A stretch of DNA of 64,000 nt. Source: Dendrobates tinctorius. Taxonomy: Eukaryota. The number at the start of each line of letters is the position of its first letter. Position 1 is the first letter of the stretch. Location of the stretch: positions 55,738,001 to 55,802,000 of the forward strand of contig NW_027361707.1 in assembly GCF_039654945.1 (NCBI RefSeq), given 5' to 3'. A model generated the notes under the pieces. That model was not told the origin of the DNA, ran no database searches, and saw only the letters and a list, made by a program, of their open reading frames with translations. The position numbers and the translations under genes are program-made. This document shows, in pieces, positions 63,314 to 64,000 of the stretch.

Positions 63314-63862
63314 TTGTTAGGGTTGGGTGATCGCACGGTCCACCGTGCAGAGATGATATACGGCTGCTAACGAACAATGGCAGAGCTATGCAGTGAGTGT
63401 TCACCAAGAAACACGCTGTGTTAATGCCACACAGTGTGAACTGAACGCAAGATACCAGTCTCTGATAACGTCTCAGAGTGCTACGCTCAGGAAGAGGAAT
63501 ACCAGCTCAGCTAACTGCCGAGTGGCAAAGAAAATATAATAGTTACTTTGGTTGACCACAGAGTGGCGAAAAAATATAAGTACCAAGCTCAGCTAACTGC
63601 CGAGCGGTACGAAATGAGGTGTGTGCAATACCCAGAAAAACAATAGGATTTAAGCACGTGAATTGACTGTGCCCTGTAAAAAGCCCGAGCTAACCACACA
63701 CATGGCTGAAACAGACGCTAGGTCAAGCGAAAATAAAAACCTGCCTTTCTAAGGAAAACTAGGTGCTCATGCAAGCTGACAGAGCGGCAGAGTCTCCACC
63801 CACTCACAAATGACCCAAAGGATACTAGCGCACCCACGTGAGCCTCTGAAACATTTTATACG
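63314..63862 (-). mobile_element. Partial LTR related to 54394-55275, reverse orientation
   Basis: Begins TGTTAGG. Shares GGTCCACCGTGCA, GCTGCTA..AATGGCAGA and ATACTAGCGCA...TTTTATA with the reverse complement of the 54394 LTR. Confidence 0.6.
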
Positions 63863-63868
63863 TTAGGC

Positions 63869-64000
63869 CAGTGGTTCCCAAACTCCAGTCCTTGCGGACC
63901 CCAACAGGTCATGTTTTTAGGATTTCCATAGAGTTACACATGTGAGAGAATTCCTGATTCCTTGGTGATACTTCCATGACCTGTGAAATACTAAGGAAAT
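63869..64000. mobile_element. Start of a hAT-type (Charlie-like) MITE running off the window
   Basis: CAGTGGTTCCCAAACTCCAGTCCT terminus. Only one end is visible. Confidence 0.45.

Overview
Eukaryotic, repeat-saturated DNA, most likely intronic or intergenic sequence from a large anuran (frog) genome. The taxon is inferred from the repeat families: TTAA T2/Kolobok-type MITEs, TWA Harbinger-type MITEs, L2/Rex/RTE LINEs, Tc1, hAT and Gypsy-type solo LTRs. I found no host protein-coding exon, tRNA, rRNA or CRISPR array that I can support, and almost all short ORFs in the track are artefacts of repeats. The only intact CDS is a 340-aa DD34E Tc1 transposase (39339-40361). Two large nested structures dominate. 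(1) 12309-26343 holds three TTAA-flanked piggyBac-like non-autonomous elements nested inside each other. The two inner copies each carry a palindrome/hairpin-rich, CpG-rich left end with CCAAT/YY1/NRF1-like motifs, then a ~370-bp degenerate (TTAGGG)n array, then an ordered array of ~390-bp units. (2) ~33780-52280 is an old L2 LINE expanded by nested insertions. One branch is decayed Tc1 > hAT element that is essentially a >1-kb-arm palindrome > intact Tc1. The other is Harbinger MITE > 8.9-kb hAT element with a decayed BED-finger transposase and an embedded Gypsy integrase fragment. Three degenerate minimal hammerhead-ribozyme-like motifs occur in Penelope-like remnants. All coordinates were read by eye and may be off by a few bases.
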